Below, piece after piece: positions 1-20,830 of a stretch of DNA of 60,000 bases. The position numbers were made by a program, and so were the translations under genes. The notes under the pieces are model-generated. The model was given only the letters and a program-made list of their open reading frames with translations, searched no databases and was not told the origin of the DNA. This DNA is from Vicugna vicugna (lineage: Eukaryota). The stretch's first letter is position 1. Each line of letters begins with the position of its first letter. The stretch is taken from the NCBI GenBank assembly GCA_013265495.1, contig MU061578.1:4475308-4535307 (forward strand). Reading direction: 5' to 3'.

Positions 1-221
1 GTGACTTGCTAAGGCAGGGATAGGAAGTGAATACTAGATTCCTTCTTGCACTGCCCCTTAGCCGCTTCATGCCTCTCTCCCACATTCAGGACACACTTGG
101 TTACTGAGGCCCCACCATGTCCCCCCTCCCCCAACCCATGCAGGCAGCCCCCACCCAGGGCTGACCCACTTCCTGGCCCCACGCAGGAGAGGGGAAGTGC
201 CAATTCTTTTTCTCTGATCCT

Positions 222-662
222 ATGCTAGTGTCCTGGGGCTGCAGTCACAAAGGATCTCAAACCGGGTGGCTTAAAACAACAGAGGTTTATTTTCTCACAG
301 CTGAGGAAGCCAAAAGTCTGAAATCAAGTTGTAAGCAGGGCTGGGATCCTTTTGGAAGCTCTAGGAGAGGATCCTTCCTGCCTCTTCCAGCTGCTGGTGT
401 TGCCGGCCATCCTTGGTGTTTCTTGGCCTCGCTCCTGTCTCTGCTCCCATCGCCACAAGGCCATCTTCGCTGTGTGTCTCTCTGCATCCTCACCACTTAA
501 GAGGACACCAGTCATTGGATTTAGGGCGCACCCTTATCCAGGATGCTAGCATATCAAAATCTTTAACTAATTGTCTCTGCAATGACCCTATTTCCAAGTA
601 AATCACAGTCACAGGTTCAGACTGTACATGAATTTGGAGGAGATGCTATTCAACCCACTACA
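222..662 (-). mobile_element. MaLR (MLT1-type) solo LTR, degraded
   Basis: Characteristic MLT1 segments in reverse orientation (ggcttaaaacaacagaggtttattttctcacag...gtctgaaatcaag...cagtcattggatttagggc...attcaacccactaca). Subfamily and boundaries are approximate. Confidence 0.7.
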
Positions 663-1838
663 GACCCCTTGCCCAGGTAAGCTCCTGTGGCCTCACTTCC
701 CATCCGCTGGGGCAGAAGCCTTCCAGGGAGTCTTGGTTCCAGCCTCAGTTCCCCTCTTGTTCCTGTTCAGGGCTGTGACAAGTGGACCTCGGACCCTGAG
801 GAATGAGTTCCGCCTGAATCACATCAAGAGCATCACAGGACTAGAATCACCCCCAGAAAAGTTCCTGGGGGCAGCACGTACCCTTATACAACCCCTCCAG
901 CTACTGCCTGGAGAGAACACAGGCCATTCCCACCGCTGTCTGCCAGCTGCAGCTTGATGCTGCCACAGGAAGGGGCCCAGGGCACTGTCATCAGGTTTGG
1001 GATTTCTTCGCCCTGGTGTTCCTCCCCTTACTCAACCTGTCCTCTAGACCAGAGGTTCTTCAGGGTGGATGGGGACTCTGGAAGGACCACGTACATCTTC
1101 CCCATGCCCCCAGGAACCTGTGTCTCAAAGCATCTGTGTTTACAACGGGACAGGGACTACATGTTTGCCTCCGGCAGGAATTAAAATTGAGCCTATGAAA
1201 CCTAATAAAAACCAGACTGCACCCCACAGGGTCTTAACCAGAGTGGCGCCAGGCTTCCCAGTCCTTCTGGAGAAGGGTGGTAGGTAACTGACCTGGGAGA
1301 GCCGCCCACCCATGCGGGCCCATGGGCAGGAACCATGAGTAGAAGACAAATCACCATCTTGGAGTTTCCGGAATCTTCTCTACTCTTCATTGTCCCGAAA
1401 GTGAGGGTGGCATGAACCTCGCCTGAGCCCTGCTCCTCTCTTCCAGAATATGCCTCCTGCTTGGCCCACCCTGTGGTATTCATTTTCTGTGCTGACCAAC
1501 AAATGACCACAAATTCAGCAACTTAACGCAGCCCCTCACAATTTCTGTGAGTGGGGAGCGGGCACAGCTTAGCTCAAGGTCAGTCAGGGTAGGGTCTCAT
1601 CTGAGGTCCGGAGACCCCTCTCAAGTTCCATGATGGTTGGCAGAATTCATTTCTTTGCATTTGTAGGACAGAGGTCCCTGTTTTCTCGCTGGCTGTTGGT
1701 CGGGACCCTTAGATCTGGGGGCGGACTGGGTTCCTTTCCACATGGACCTCGTAGGTCCATCACAATGCACTGTTGGCTTCCTTCCAGGCAGGCAAGGGGA
1801 CCCTCTCTGACTTGTTCTGTATCTTCCTTCTAGACCAC

Positions 1839-2197
1839 CTGTTGTGGACTGAATGTTTGTGCCCCCACAAAATTCGTGTGGAAATCCTAACCTCCCCAGG
1901 TGATAGTATTAGGAGGTGGGGCCTTTGGAGTGATTAGGTCATGAGCGTGCAGCCTCACAAATGAGATTAGTGCCCTTCTGAGAAGAGACACTGCTGCGTG
2001 AACACTCTCTCTGCTCTCCACCACATGAGGACACATGAGAAAACGGCTGTCTGCCAGCCAGGAAGCAGGCCCCACCAGACACCAGATCAGTCAGCACCCT
2101 GATCTTGGACTTCCAGCCTCCAGAACTATGAGAAATAAGTATTCATTGGTTAAGTCATCCAGTCTGTAGTATGTACTGTGGCAGCCCATGCTAAGAA
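1839..2197 (+). mobile_element. MLT1A/MST-like LTR nested in the older LTR
   Basis: tgtggactgaatgtttgtgccccc...gatagtattaggaggtggggcctttgg...atcttggacttccagcctccagaactatgagaaataa is typical MLT1A/B consensus text. Confidence 0.75.
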
Positions 2198-2201
2198 CTC
2201 C

Positions 2202-2358
2202 CTTTTTATTCAATTTTTCATTGAGGTGAACTTCACATACCATAAAATTAACCATTTTAAAGTGAACAATTCAGTGGCATTTAGTGCATTCACAATGTTG
2301 TGCAACCACCACCTCCATCTGGTTCCACAACATGTTTATCACCCACGTACCCATTAAA
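2202..2358 (-). mobile_element. L1M (L1MB-like) 3' end fragment
   Basis: ttgaggtgaacttcacataccataaaattaaccattttaaagtgaacaattcagtggcatttagt resembles an old L1 3' UTR, antisense. Confidence 0.7.
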
Positions 2359-4299
2359 CTAGACCCCCTTCTAGGAGCCTACCTGATTAGGTCAGGCTCA
2401 CCCATAGCACTAGTCCTTGTGATGCACCCAAAGTCAACAGATTAGCAAGTCAGTCACCAGAATGACATCCATCAGATTCACTCTTAGGTGGAGGGGACAT
2501 GCACTCCAAGGACTGGAGACCTTGGGGGACATCTCAGAATGCTGCTTACCATGCCTGTCACCCAAAGACCAGCCCTGAGGGGCCGCTTCCTCTGTCTGCT
2601 CTAAGCTGGCATCCACCTGAACCACTCACACCACAGCACAGGCATTGAGGGCCTGAGCTGTAGGAAGACAAACATGGGTGTACATGCTCTGCCAGCTCCT
2701 GATAACTTATGTCCCTTCTTGGCCTCGGTTTACACATCTGTAAAATGGGGGTGATAACACAGCCACCTGGTAAATAAAATAGCACTGACGGAACATCTGC
2801 CTAACGCTGGCACTGCACTGAGTACTTGAAATACATTCTTCTCTGCAAACCTCAGGATCGCCCATTCCTGGTACAGAGCGAGTGCCCTGGAAATGCTAAC
2901 TGTCATTATTACACTGGCTCTGCCTTCTTTCCTTCTTCCCCATTCTTTCTAATCCCTACATCTGGGTGCTTTCTGAGCCTACGGCGCATGAGACCATGAG
3001 CTCTCTAGGGAAAAAGGGAATCCCGAATTTGTTTCTCCTCATTCCTCTAGGTCTTGCCTGTGATTCTGTGCTCCCAGCAACGCTCTCTCCCACCCTGCAT
3101 GCGTCTCCCCACTTGGCACCCAACAGGCCCAGCCAGTGATGAATGCACTCCCACCCAGCCCCCAGCATAAGGGGGCTCCCCCCACTCCCCACCAGAGTCC
3201 AGACAGTGAGGCCAGGGGTCAGTTTCCGGGTACTTCTCCCCCAAAATTGGTGTGGTTGGCAGAGGAGTCCGCCCTCTCTGCAGCCATTCTCTCTTCCCTC
3301 CCATCACGCAGGAGACAGCCCCCCCCCCCCGCGGCAGGCAAAGCATTTGTCTCCAGATTGGCTTTCCATCAAATATCCCATCCTCCCTCATGGCAGATGG
3401 AAGGGAGTGATAGGATCTGAACTGTGGGGGGCTGTCGAGTCCACTAGCTCTTTCCCCAGCCCTCAGGGCCGGTAGGGAGGGCTGAGAGTAGAGAAACAGG
3501 AGAACAAGATCTCTGATTGTTCCCCACCGCCAGACTTCAGGTCCCGCTCTCCTCAATCAGAACCCTTGGGTATGAAATCCTCCCGGCAACAGTTTTGCAT
3601 TAACTGTCTTGGTTGACTGACTGTTTTTGTATGGCTCTTCCAGAGAAAAGCACAGACAATGTGGCTCAGATTAAGCCATATGAAAGGAATTCCTCAGCCT
3701 CAAAGCCCGGAGCTTGGCTCTGAGCAGAAGGGTCCCCAGCCTCTTGTCTCAAGTCTCTGGCAGCCTGGGCAGTGCCCGTGCGGGGGGTCACGTTAGAGGA
3801 GTCCCATCACTTCTGAAAGGAAGGGCTGAACGTCTCAGGGCAGCGGGGCTCAGGGGCAGGGACACTGCCCATGGTTGTTGGTCTGTGGTACGTATGCACC
3901 TGGAGGGTTTCCTTGGCTTTAAGGGCCTGCCATCCATCCTGTCTTCCTGGTGGCCACCATGGAGAGAGTCTCCGGTGAGCCAGGCCTTCAAGGCATTCCC
4001 CACCTCCAGGCCCCAGCACACTGGCCGGCCTCCAGGAGTACAAGAGTTGCAGGGTAGGGTGGGATGGGACAGGCCAGGGAGCGTCTGGTCAGTGGGCCCT
4101 TTGCCACAGCCACGTGCCCAGCCCAAGGCCCCAGCAGCCTGGGACCCAGAATGTCCCAGAGCACAGGTCACGTTGGAGACCAAACCCTAGTGTGGGGGCT
4201 GTGGTCCAGGGCTTCGCAAGGCGGCGGGGCTGCAAAGGAACAGCTCCAGTACAAAAGGACACAAGGCTGGCGTTCTGTGTTTTCTCAGATCCTGTGCTC

Positions 4300-4760
4300 T
4301 CTGTTTGGCATCATTAATCAATCACAGGGCCAATCTACCAGCCACAGCTGTTTACATCTTCCCTGGATCCAGAGCCTCACCATGAACCCCCTCCCCATCC
4401 ATCCCTCCCACCATGCCAAAGCTGCCCTGCCCCAAATCACTCAGGCCAGGGACTAATCAATGAGGGACAACCCCTATGCCCTGGGCATGCCAGAACTTTT
4501 CAAACTAACCCAGCCTAGGCTGTTCACCCTGCTCTGCCCTGCCTCTCCCCTGGAGACCCCAGCAAAGGCCCTGGCCTCAGCCTCCCTGGCTTCTTTCTGC
4601 TTCCTGATCAGCACTGGTGCTTTCCCAAGTAGCCGTGCACAGCATGGTGTGCCCCTTCTCTTGCAAAGTGTAAGGAATAAAAACATGCTTTTAATGGCAC
4701 TGGCCTCTCCCTGTTGTCACTCAGTCACCTCCATAAATGAAAATCCCAAGGGCACATTTT
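4300..4760. mobile_element. Probable old ERV LTR fragment
   Basis: LTR-like text (ggacaacccctatgcc...caaactaacccagcctaggctgttcaccctgc...AATAAA). Family not determined. Confidence 0.35.
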
Positions 4761-5744
4761 GAGGCAGTTAGTTGGCAGCCTGGATCTCTGGACTTAATTG
4801 CAGGTCCAGGATGTCCACAACCAGATGGGAGTCATAAGAAAGAAGCATCTGTAGGCAGTTTTTGGAGCATAGTCAAAGCTGGGGAAGAAATCTCTTGTCT
4901 TCGAAATACCCAGGACCCCAGAGTTCCAGTAGTTCCTGAGACTCTCGGGAGCCCGTGTACCAAGTGGGGCCCAGACACGCCCCCTCCTGTGTGCTGGGCC
5001 AGGAGTGGTGGGGGCCGTTTCTGCCACTCAGCACCAGCCCTTCCATCCCCACCTCTTACATAAGAAGCCCCAAGACCCTCTTTCCAGAACCTGGAGACCC
5101 TCCACCTGACAGGCAGCTCTGTTGGGTGTGTCTTGCTCAGAACCCCCGCTTCCAGGTGGCTTTGGTCCCACAAGGCCTTCAGTGGCACCCTGAGCTCACA
5201 GAGCCAGTCCAGGTCCACCCACAGCTCAGTGCGATTGAATAACCTGGTGTGTGGTTTTGCATCCATCGCCTGTGATACCAGTTAGGTGTACATCCTCTCC
5301 TGAGCTGGATTCTCCATCCGCGAGGCCTGCAGATGCTGGCCTCTCAGTGGCACTGTCCCTCGGGTTCAGGCACAAGGAGCCTAAGTCCCCTTCTCTCTCT
5401 CCCTACAGGGGCTGTGTGACCGAATGGGCCTCCTCCACCTCTGAGATAGTGTCAGGACCCTCCATGCACCTTGGGATGGAGACAGAGCAGACGGGAGGGA
5501 TAGGTGGGTGACACTGGGCAGTATGGCAGGCACACCCCTCTGGCCAGCCCCAGCCTGGGCCAGAGTGGTCAGACTTGCTGAAGGAAGTCCTTTAGGACCC
5601 AGTCTTGCCCATCCAGGGGGATTCTCAGAGGGGACATGTCCCATTTCCTGCTGGTAGCAAGGCCAGAGCCCCACCCGGGCACAAAAGGTTGCCCTGCTCT
5701 AGCGCTTTCTTTAGGATAACACAGTCATTTCTTCCTCTCTGATG

Positions 5745-6230
5745 TAAAAATTTCCACTTCTGGCCGACATAGAGTAATAGAAACTGGATTTACCCTTCTG
5801 CCTGAAACAAGAGAACAACTGGACAAAACCTACAAAACTGTGGTTTTCAGACATTGGGCAGCAGTATTGCTGAGAGACAGGAAGGAGGGGGTGAGTCCTA
5901 GGATCACCCCAGCTTATTGCCAGTGGTGCAGGGAGGGGAACTGAGGCCAGCCAGGTGTCTCCCTGGGATGAAGAGCTGGGCTGAGCATGCAGGGAACCAA
6001 GGCGGCTAGAATCTGTCAGATGGAGTAAGTGCTGGAGAGGAGAACGCCACGTGCAGAGTGAGCCTGGAGATCTGCAGAGGGCCCCTCAGTCTTCAGCTGA
6101 GGGCTGAGGGGCCTGGGTAGGGGAGTCACTATGACTGGGGCAAGAACCACATCAAAGGAATGGAAGGAACAGCCCTCAGGTGTCATGCGTGGCTGGGTAC
6201 AAAGCACACTCCCAACAAAGCCCACTCCAC
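5745..6230 (+). mobile_element. Ancient L1M 5'-end fragment
   Basis: cttctggccgacatagagtaatagaaactggatttacccttctgcctgaaacaa...ggttttcagacattggg resembles L1M/L1ME 5' UTR. Confidence 0.5.
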
Positions 6231-6439
6231 GTAAAGGTCACCCTTCAGTACTCTAGCAAGAAGGCTCAGTTATGCCCCTGAACCACCTCTCACTTAAAAT
6301 TCATCCGGTTACAGCTGTGGTCCGCATTCCTTAATGATTCCTACTTTCATGTCCTTGGAGAACTAATAAAGATCTCCCCAGAACCTACTCTCTCTGATCC
6401 GTCCCTAGACTGCTGACTTTTCTATGGAAGTCCTTTTCT

Positions 6440-7090
6440 GAAAAATGGAGATGAAATTCACATAACAATATAAATCATTTTATTTTGTGACAGTGAATGA
6501 TTCAGTGGTACTTCATACCTTCCCAAGGTTGTGCAACCACCGCCTCTATCTAGTTTCACAAACTTTTTATTCCTCAAAAGAAAACTCCATGCCCAAAAGA
6601 AAAAAAGAAAGAAAATTTAAAAATTAAACAAAACAAAACAAAACAAAACAAAAACCAAACAAACAATAAATACATTTTTAAAAAGAATTTTTACAAAAAG
6701 AAGGAAAACCGCATGCCCATGAAGCACTGACCCCTTTTCCCCCTCCCTGAGCCCCTGGAAACAATTGATCTGTTTTCTGTTTTTAAGGATCTGCTAGTCT
6801 AGAAAATTCACATTCATGGAATCATATAATATGTGTCCTTTTGTATCTGTCCCCTTTCACTCAGCCTTTTTTCCAGCATGCTAATGTTGTCACATGTATC
6901 ACTGCCTCATTTCTTTTTATGGCTGAATAGTATTCCATTGTATGGATGCACCACATTGTGTTTATTCCTTCACCAGCTGATTGACACTTGAGATGATTCC
7001 ACTCTTTGGCTTTTAGGAATAATGCTGCCACGAACAGTGGTATACAAGTTTTTATTTGCACACCATGTTTAATTCTTGTAAGTATATACA
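6440..7090 (-). mobile_element. L1MB-like 3' fragment with embedded (AAAAC)n / A-rich tract (~6595-6700)
   Basis: ctttttatggctgaatagtattccattgtatggatgcaccacatt. The minus ORF 6861-7091 gives L1 ORF2 C-terminal-like peptide MWCIHTMEYYSAIKRNE. Confidence 0.8.
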
Positions 7091-10000
7091 TGGAGGGCTT
7101 ATGTTATAGTCACAGTTTCTCTTAACCAGCCCTCCATCACCTGAGCACCGCCTATATGACCTCGAGGCACCTGCTGCCTGCTCCGCCCCCTGTGCTTTTT
7201 CCGTTGCTCTGGAGAGTGGTCCTCCTCCTCAGGGAACATAAGGCAGATTCGGAGGAAAGAGAAAAATCAAGTTCAGAACCTTGAGAAAGAGAGCCTGAGA
7301 GAGGAGCACAAAGGGCCACAGGAGAGGGGCGCTTCCTGCAGGGGAGAGAGGCCCTGGCTATGGTTGTGCCCAGGACTGATGGGTCCAGTGGCTCAGATGC
7401 TGACACCAGGGGAAAAGTGGATGAAATGGATTCGCTGGGTCCAGAGGCCCCTGACTCACTCCCTATCCTCCACCCTCCCCCATTTCCTAAACCTTCCCTA
7501 TTCCCCTCCCCCTCAACCTGGCCTTTAATTCCAAGGAGGGAGTCCTCAGGAGTCAGCACTTGCCAATTTAAGAGGAAACTTCTAGAAAGGGACAGTCCCA
7601 TAAAATGAACCCCTGGGCTCAGGTATCAGCAAATCCCCAGCTCCCCACTGCACATCTTCTGGGGCACAGAGGGGGTCCAGAGTCCCAGCAGGCCACTGTG
7701 GCCACCCAGAGGGAAGCACTGGGGGTCTGCATGCTGTCCCTGGTCTGTCCCAGCCGTGGCGCAGGGGAACCCTTCTGGTCACTGCAGTCCAGAAGCTCCT
7801 TAATGGGAGCCTGGTGGGCTGGTGAGCAGAGGGTGGGTCTCAGGCTTAGGAAGCCAGGAAAGAAGTGGGGAGCTCCCAAGAGATTCCGGTCATTGGAAGG
7901 CAAAGCTGTCTCTCCCTCCACGCATCACTCAAGTCTCCCTTGCCCATGGCCTGATCCCCTCCCGGAAACAGGACCGTACAAAGCCTGGGAGGGGCCTCTG
8001 GATCTGGCTGGAGAGATAGGTACCAGACATGTCCACCTGGGCAACATGGGGACCAGCCACAGGGACCAGAAGGATGAGGTCTTTCCCCAAAGCACCCCTC
8101 ATCCTGCGGCAAAGGGAGTCCATGAGTGCTGCCCAGAACAGTCCCCCCGTGATCCAGACTTCACCTCAGAGCCCAGTCTCCCTTCCCACACCTAGCCCAG
8201 CTCTGTGGCCACTCTTAGGAGCCTGAGAGAGAAGCAAATAGGGTCATTCCACTGGGCCCCACCTGCTCTGACCACAGAGGGACCACCTCTGAGGACAGGA
8301 GTCAGCAGGTAGGTGGCCACAGCTGTGCTCTGAGCGTCCCCAGGCTGGCAGGGCCTCCCTGGGGAAGGGAAGGAATCAGACCTCACAGAGGACAGCTGGC
8401 AGTGGGCTTATAAGTGATGCATGTGCAAACAATGATAAGGAGGAGGATGGGGAAGTTGCTGGCACTTTCTGGAGCTCCTCCCCTCAACTAGAATGAAGAT
8501 ACGCGTAGAAAAGTATTTGGGGGCAAATAGGAAGGTTGGATCCAGGTCTGATGCCTGCCCTGTCTCCAGCCTGATGGAGGGGCCTATCAGGCCACTCAGG
8601 CCAGGGTCTGCTCAGGGTCTTCAGCTCAGTGTGGAGAACACTGTCCTCACCCCACTGGGCAGGGATGAAGGGCCCCACAGGCCCCCAAACCCTACCAATC
8701 ATGACTAGGAGGTCTGGGGCAGGGAAAGGACACCCAAGGTAGAAGCAGCCACCCACCCCTAAATGTCTCCAAGCCCCTTCCAGGACACCAGGGCTGTGAA
8801 GACCCCCACCCCCCGCCACCCCATCCTAGTCTGGCTGCCCCTTCTCCACTGGGGGGAACAGGAAGAGGGTAATTGAATCAGCGTTGCTCATTCCATCTGG
8901 AAACTTCCAACATGGAAAACCCACTGAACAACTGGGGAAGCAGTTTGGGACTCTAATTAAAGGCCGGTGACTCTCCCCCGGAGCCCCACCCCACGCACAG
9001 CCAGAAGGACCCCCACATCCGTCCTCAGTGTGTTCTGAGGCCCAGCTGGGCCCCTGGTGCTGGGCGTTGGCTCTTGGGCCTGGTTGCCACTGGGAGGAGG
9101 GTGAGCAGAATGAGCCAGTTCACCCTTCCTCCTGGCTGCTTCCAGAGTCTGCATTCTGAGCTGGCCCTGGGCCCCAAAACCAGACAAACTAGTGGCTCCC
9201 ACAGCTCTGCTTCCAAGAAGCTTCAGGAATGGATTAGTGGGTCATGTTGGCAGGCTCGGGAAAGGGATTCTAAGCCCCTTTAGGGAGAAAATGAGCTTGG
9301 AGTGAAAGTACAGCTACCCTATTCTAAGTCTGCCTCCCTCTCCGTCTGCTCCTTCTGCAAGGAATGGCATTCCAGGCAGAGGGAACAGCATATGCAAAGA
9401 CTATGAGGTTGGAAAGATCACAGCAGGTGGGAGGGGCTAAGGGGGCAGAAGCTGAGGGGTGAGAGGAGCACACAGGCTTGGGGGTGGGGCTCACCTCTGA
9501 GGGCCTCAACAGCTGCAGTCAGGCATCTGGTCTTCATTCTAGAAGCAATGGGAATGGGGGCAAAGATGGGGGTGTTTTACAATAATGGGATCTGGTTTAC
9601 TCTGAAGACACCCCTCTGGCTGCTGTGCGTGCAGAGAGCTCATTGCAGGAGAACATCCAGTCATGAGATGGCGAAAGTTTGGACAGGGTATGTCCAGGGA
9701 GAAGAAGAAACATACATGGACCAGGCTGGGAACTACGCCAGGGGTCAGGGGCTGTCCTGCCTTCCCTGCTGCCCCTGCCACCCAGGGCAGGCTGCCATGC
9801 CATCCCTAAGTGAGTACCCCTTGCAGGGAATGGGGACACAGCTGTCAAGCCCAAGGCTTGTCACTCAGCAGGATCCCAAGGTGCAGTGTGACCTGTCCTC
9901 AACATCATTATTGCAAATTGGACCAGCCCTGCCTCCACCCACATCAGAGGTCCGAGCTGGGGAGGAGGCTGTGGCTACCTCTTACCCACATCTGCCCACA

Positions 10001-11424
10001 TTTGCCATCACATTTCCGCCAAGGTCGCTTAGAACTAGTCCCCAGCCCTGCCTGTGGCCTTGCCCTGATGGCAGGGTCTGGAGGCAGTTGCTGGCCCCCT
10101 TAGGGCAGCTCCACACTGGCATGTCCTGTGAGGCCAGAACCAGCAAGGGGTGGGCTACTAGAGACAGATGCCCCCGTCTCCCTCCCCATCTTCTGTTGAG
10201 CCTCTTCTCACACCAATACCAGCTGACCCAAAATACACACCACCCGTGGGGTCATGTGAAAACAGTCACCATGGTGACTGGTGGGGTGTCTGGCTCAGTC
10301 AGCCAGAGCGGGTGCTAGTAACCGACAAGCAGCCACTGCTCTGAAATCCTTCCTCACTGCCACCCTGGAGCTTAGGACAGGGAGAAGCTCCAAGTACTCC
10401 AGGGGTGGAAAGGCCACATCAGGGCCAAGCATCTGATATAGATCCAAGGGCTGGGGTGCAGGGGCCACAGCCAGGTCCCATAAGGGCCCAGGGCATACCA
10501 GACCTGAGCCTAAGGACCCCTGGGGGTCACTGTCAGGGCAGTTGGTGGGCACCTGGCAGACAGCACTGTAGCCAGGAGCAGGTGACAGTCATTACTGATT
10601 GGGCCCTGCATTTCTGGGAGAGACAGGTGAACAGGGCACCCCAGCCTGCCCAAATCTGGCCTAACTTGGTTGGGGGTTAACAGGCAGCTGGGTTGCCACT
10701 GGGTGTTTATTCCTGCCCATCCCAGAGGAGGGAGCACCACGTGGATAAACACCAGGGAACTAGGGCACAGAGGGCCTGGGGGACTGGGCATGGCCCAAGG
10801 AGTGCGCAGGATCTGGTGGGTGGGGCCTGTGGTGTGGGCTTTGCTTGGTGGGCGTGGCCTGGGTGGGTCATGCGGGGGTTTTGCTGTGAGCTGCTTAGAG
10901 GCTGTTAGAACCACCCCTGCACACAGGAGTCACCTCATACTCGCTACTGGCAATTTCACCAGGTTTCCAGGAGGGAGAGTCCAAGGGGCACTAGGACGCA
11001 GAATTAGCTGGGGTCATGGGTGCAGCCTGGAAAGCTGGACAGATCCATCTTTAATCCTGCCCCACCGCTCAAGTGGGCCACGTGAGGCCTCAATTTTCCT
11101 GTCCGGAACACAGGGACAGTCCTCCTTGGCATCCCAGGTCTGAGAAGAGAGCCCGAGGATGACCTCCTGAGTCACCAGGGCTATGCTGTGTGTCACTGAG
11201 CAGGCCCCGAATGCCTCTGAGCCTCAGTTGCTCATTTGTGACAGGCGGCCAAGCTCCCTGCACACCTCGAGGGATGTATAACCACCATCAGGTTTTTAAA
11301 CACTCGTGGCATGAACAGTGCCCGGTTGAGTTAGCTGGTATGAGTATCATTTCCCCAGAAGATGGCACCTCCTAACCTGAACCCTCCAACCCCCAAGGGC
11401 ATGTACAAGAACAGAGATCCAAAC

Positions 11425-11430
11425 TTTATT
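11425..11430 (-). terminator. HS3ST6 polyadenylation signal AATAAA
   Basis: tttatt on + strand, about 115 nt downstream of the stop codon. Confidence 0.8.
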
Positions 11431-11545
11431 TTGTAAATACTCCTCTCTACCCAGTATATGTATACGGCCCACCCTGGCCAGGTGACAGGCATAAATTAAG
11501 GTTTCACCCGAGTCCCCAGGCAGGGCATGAGCGGGCCAGGCCTTG

Positions 11546-18250
<6,705 letters not shown>

Positions 18251-20259
18251 AAAGGACCCTGTCTTAGAGGCCGATGGCTGCCCCTTGTTAATGAGGGCGG
18301 CGTGACAGGTGAGCGGGCAGAGCAAGAGGGCCAAGAAGGCGCGTGGACCCCTGCCCTTGTGCGCAGAGGGGTTCCCGGAATGTCGAGGGAAGTCTGCATA
18401 GGACTGGAGCGCGCCTTGCTGGTCTCGGTTTGCTTTGCCATTGCCATTCGTCAGGATCACGGGCCTGGCAGCTGGAGAGGACTAGTCAACTCTGATTACC
18501 ATTTTAGAGTCTGGGAGACAGGCCCAGGGAGGACAGACGTCCTTCCAAAGAGCCCAGTGAAGTTCAGGCATCAGGCTCCTGACTCTTTCTACCGTATCAC
18601 TCAGTCTGTCTGCAGCCGAGTCCATCTGATGCTCCTGTGAGATGTCAGTGACCCATCTCTGATGCTGGCAAAGTAGCTCCTATTGGAGATGTGAAGGATT
18701 CAGACCTGTGCTGGGGAAACTAGAAGGAGGAGCCTAGATCCTGTCCTAAGAGCTTCCTCTGAGGGGCAGGGAGACTCAGTGGCCATGCAAGTAATGAGAC
18801 CTCCTGGGCACTGGACACTGCAGGAGCTTTATGCACCCCCAGCTTCATTGAACCCCCAGCACAGCAAAAGGAAGGCAGAGAAGGAGGGCTGGCTGGGAAA
18901 GAGTGAGTCACTGGTAAAGAAGGAATCAAACCCACGTCCTCGCTTTGCCTCTGCCTCAGCCTTCCTGGCCTCACAGTTGGTGCAGGTGGGCACAAGCTCC
19001 CCATAGAGACCAGCCTTTCTCCAGCCAATGCCCAGAGACCACTGTGCTGGCTTCTGCTGGTTAATGGGCTGCTCCTGAGCCTAATAGTATCTAGATCTAA
19101 GGGCATTGGGAAGGAGATTCCCAGGGGAAGGAGCACTTCCCAGGGGCAGGGGCCTCCACGACCCATAAACACGTCTAGAGTTCTCACCCAGAGGCAGCCC
19201 TGGCGGGAGAGGGTTCTATGGAGCCAGTGGGATGAAGACCACTGACCAGGGCCCCAGTTCAGTTTCCAGATGCCATGTCTGCACCTGCTTGTCAGGGCAA
19301 GACTCAGTCAGGAGCCCCGTGGGCAGGGTGTTGGCACAGCACTGTCTGGGGTGCATGCTGGCACACGCAGGGTCACAGGAAGTTCTTCTTCTGGTCTAGC
19401 TTAAAACAGGATTTGTTCCAGATAGGCTAGTTCTCCTTAGCACTCTCCCAGATAGGATCCAACTCCACCTGCAGAACCCACCCACAGTCTTAGCAGCCAC
19501 CACTCAGGGCTCCCAATTCCAGCGTTAAAACCTGGTGGCTCTTCCATCTCCTTGCACCATCACAGGCATAGCTGTTCCCACCTCCTAGTCTTTGCTCATG
19601 CTGTTCTCCCTGCTGGGAATGCCTTTTCCATACCCCCTCCCCTACACATAAACACACACTAGCTTAAGGACTTTCCAGGAAGAATTTAGCAAGAACAGCA
19701 GGACATCGACCATGCTGGGAGTGGGAGACTGAGGTCCAGGAACAAGAGTGTGCTTGAAGTGTCTGACAGCCAATCCCCTCGCTCCACACACCCTCTGGCT
19801 CTCAGGTGAGGGGTGGGTGAAAATCTGGGGACATCCAGGATGGTAGTCTTGGGATGTCTGTTCATCAGCATATCCCCAGTTCCTCACAGAGCCTGGCACC
19901 TGCTAAGCACTCAATAAAGTCCGGCTGGTAGAAGGACGGGAGTAGAGAGAGAGGTTGACAAAGCCTTTCTAGAGGTGATGGTCAGGCAAGGAGCAGGTAA
20001 ACAGCATCCCAGCCAGCTGGGGAAAGGCTCAGCAGCAGGGAGCAGAGGTGGGGTGCAGTGGGGGAAGCGGAGGAAGTGGGTAGAGCCCGAGGTCCATTCC
20101 CAGGGAGCAGACCCTTAGAGTCTGGCCTGAGGCTGGTCCCAGTCTCAACTTCCTTTCAGCACATGGTCTCAGGCCCCTCCCACCCCAAGGCTCTGGTCCC
20201 TAAAATGGCAACCTCAGTCCTGACTCTGAAGGAACAGCTTCATCGAAGTGCAATTCCCC

Positions 20260-20830
20260 TACCATGCAATTCAACCATGCAGCATCTCAAATTCAGCAGT
20301 TTTCAGTATATTCACAATGTTGTCCAATCATCATAAATTGTAGAACATATTCATCACCCCAAAAAGAAATCCCGTACCTGTTAGCAGTCATTCCCCATTC
20401 TCCCCTCCCCAAGTCCCTGGCAACCACTAATCTACTTTCTGTCTCTATGGATTTGCCTCTTCTCCACATTTCGTGTAAGTGGAATCATACATTGTGTGGC
20501 CTTTTGCAACTGGCTTCTTTCATTCAGCGTAACATGTTCAAGGATCATTCATGATTTAGCATGAGGGTCAACTCTTTGTTCCTTTTTATGGCTGTATAAT
20601 ATTCTCCTGTGTGGATGGACCACATTCTGTTTATCCTTCCATGAGCTGATGAACACTTGGGTTGTTTTGACATTTTGGTTCTTGAGAATCATGCTGCTGT
20701 GAACGTTTATTTACAAGTTCTCATGTGGACATGTTTCATTTCTCTTGGGTGTATACCTAGCAGTAGAATTGCTGGGTCAGATGGTAACTCTACACTTAGC
20801 TCTATATGAAGAGTTCTTTTGAAAGTTAAA
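20260..20830 (-). mobile_element. L1MB-like 3' fragment
   Basis: gcaaccactaatctactttctgtctctatggatttgcct...gggtgtatacctagcagtagaattgctgggtca is typical old L1 text. Confidence 0.8.

Larger units (their letters stand above)
1470..2550 (-). mobile_element. Older MLT1-type LTR split by nested insertions (pieces ~1470-1836 and ~2358-2550)
   Basis: MLT-like text (aaatgaccacaaattcagcaactta...tgatggttggcagaattcatttc...; resumes with cctgattaggtcaggc) interrupted by two other repeats. Confidence 0.55.

Noticed and set aside
7152..8226. Cluster of overlapping ORFs suggesting an unannotated gene
   Set aside because: No recognisable protein family or consistent splice chain, so I cannot support a gene from sequence alone.
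9548..10318. 256-aa intergenic ORF
   Set aside because: No recognisable domain, begins in L2-like repeat sequence, and shows no supporting gene structure. Probably chance.
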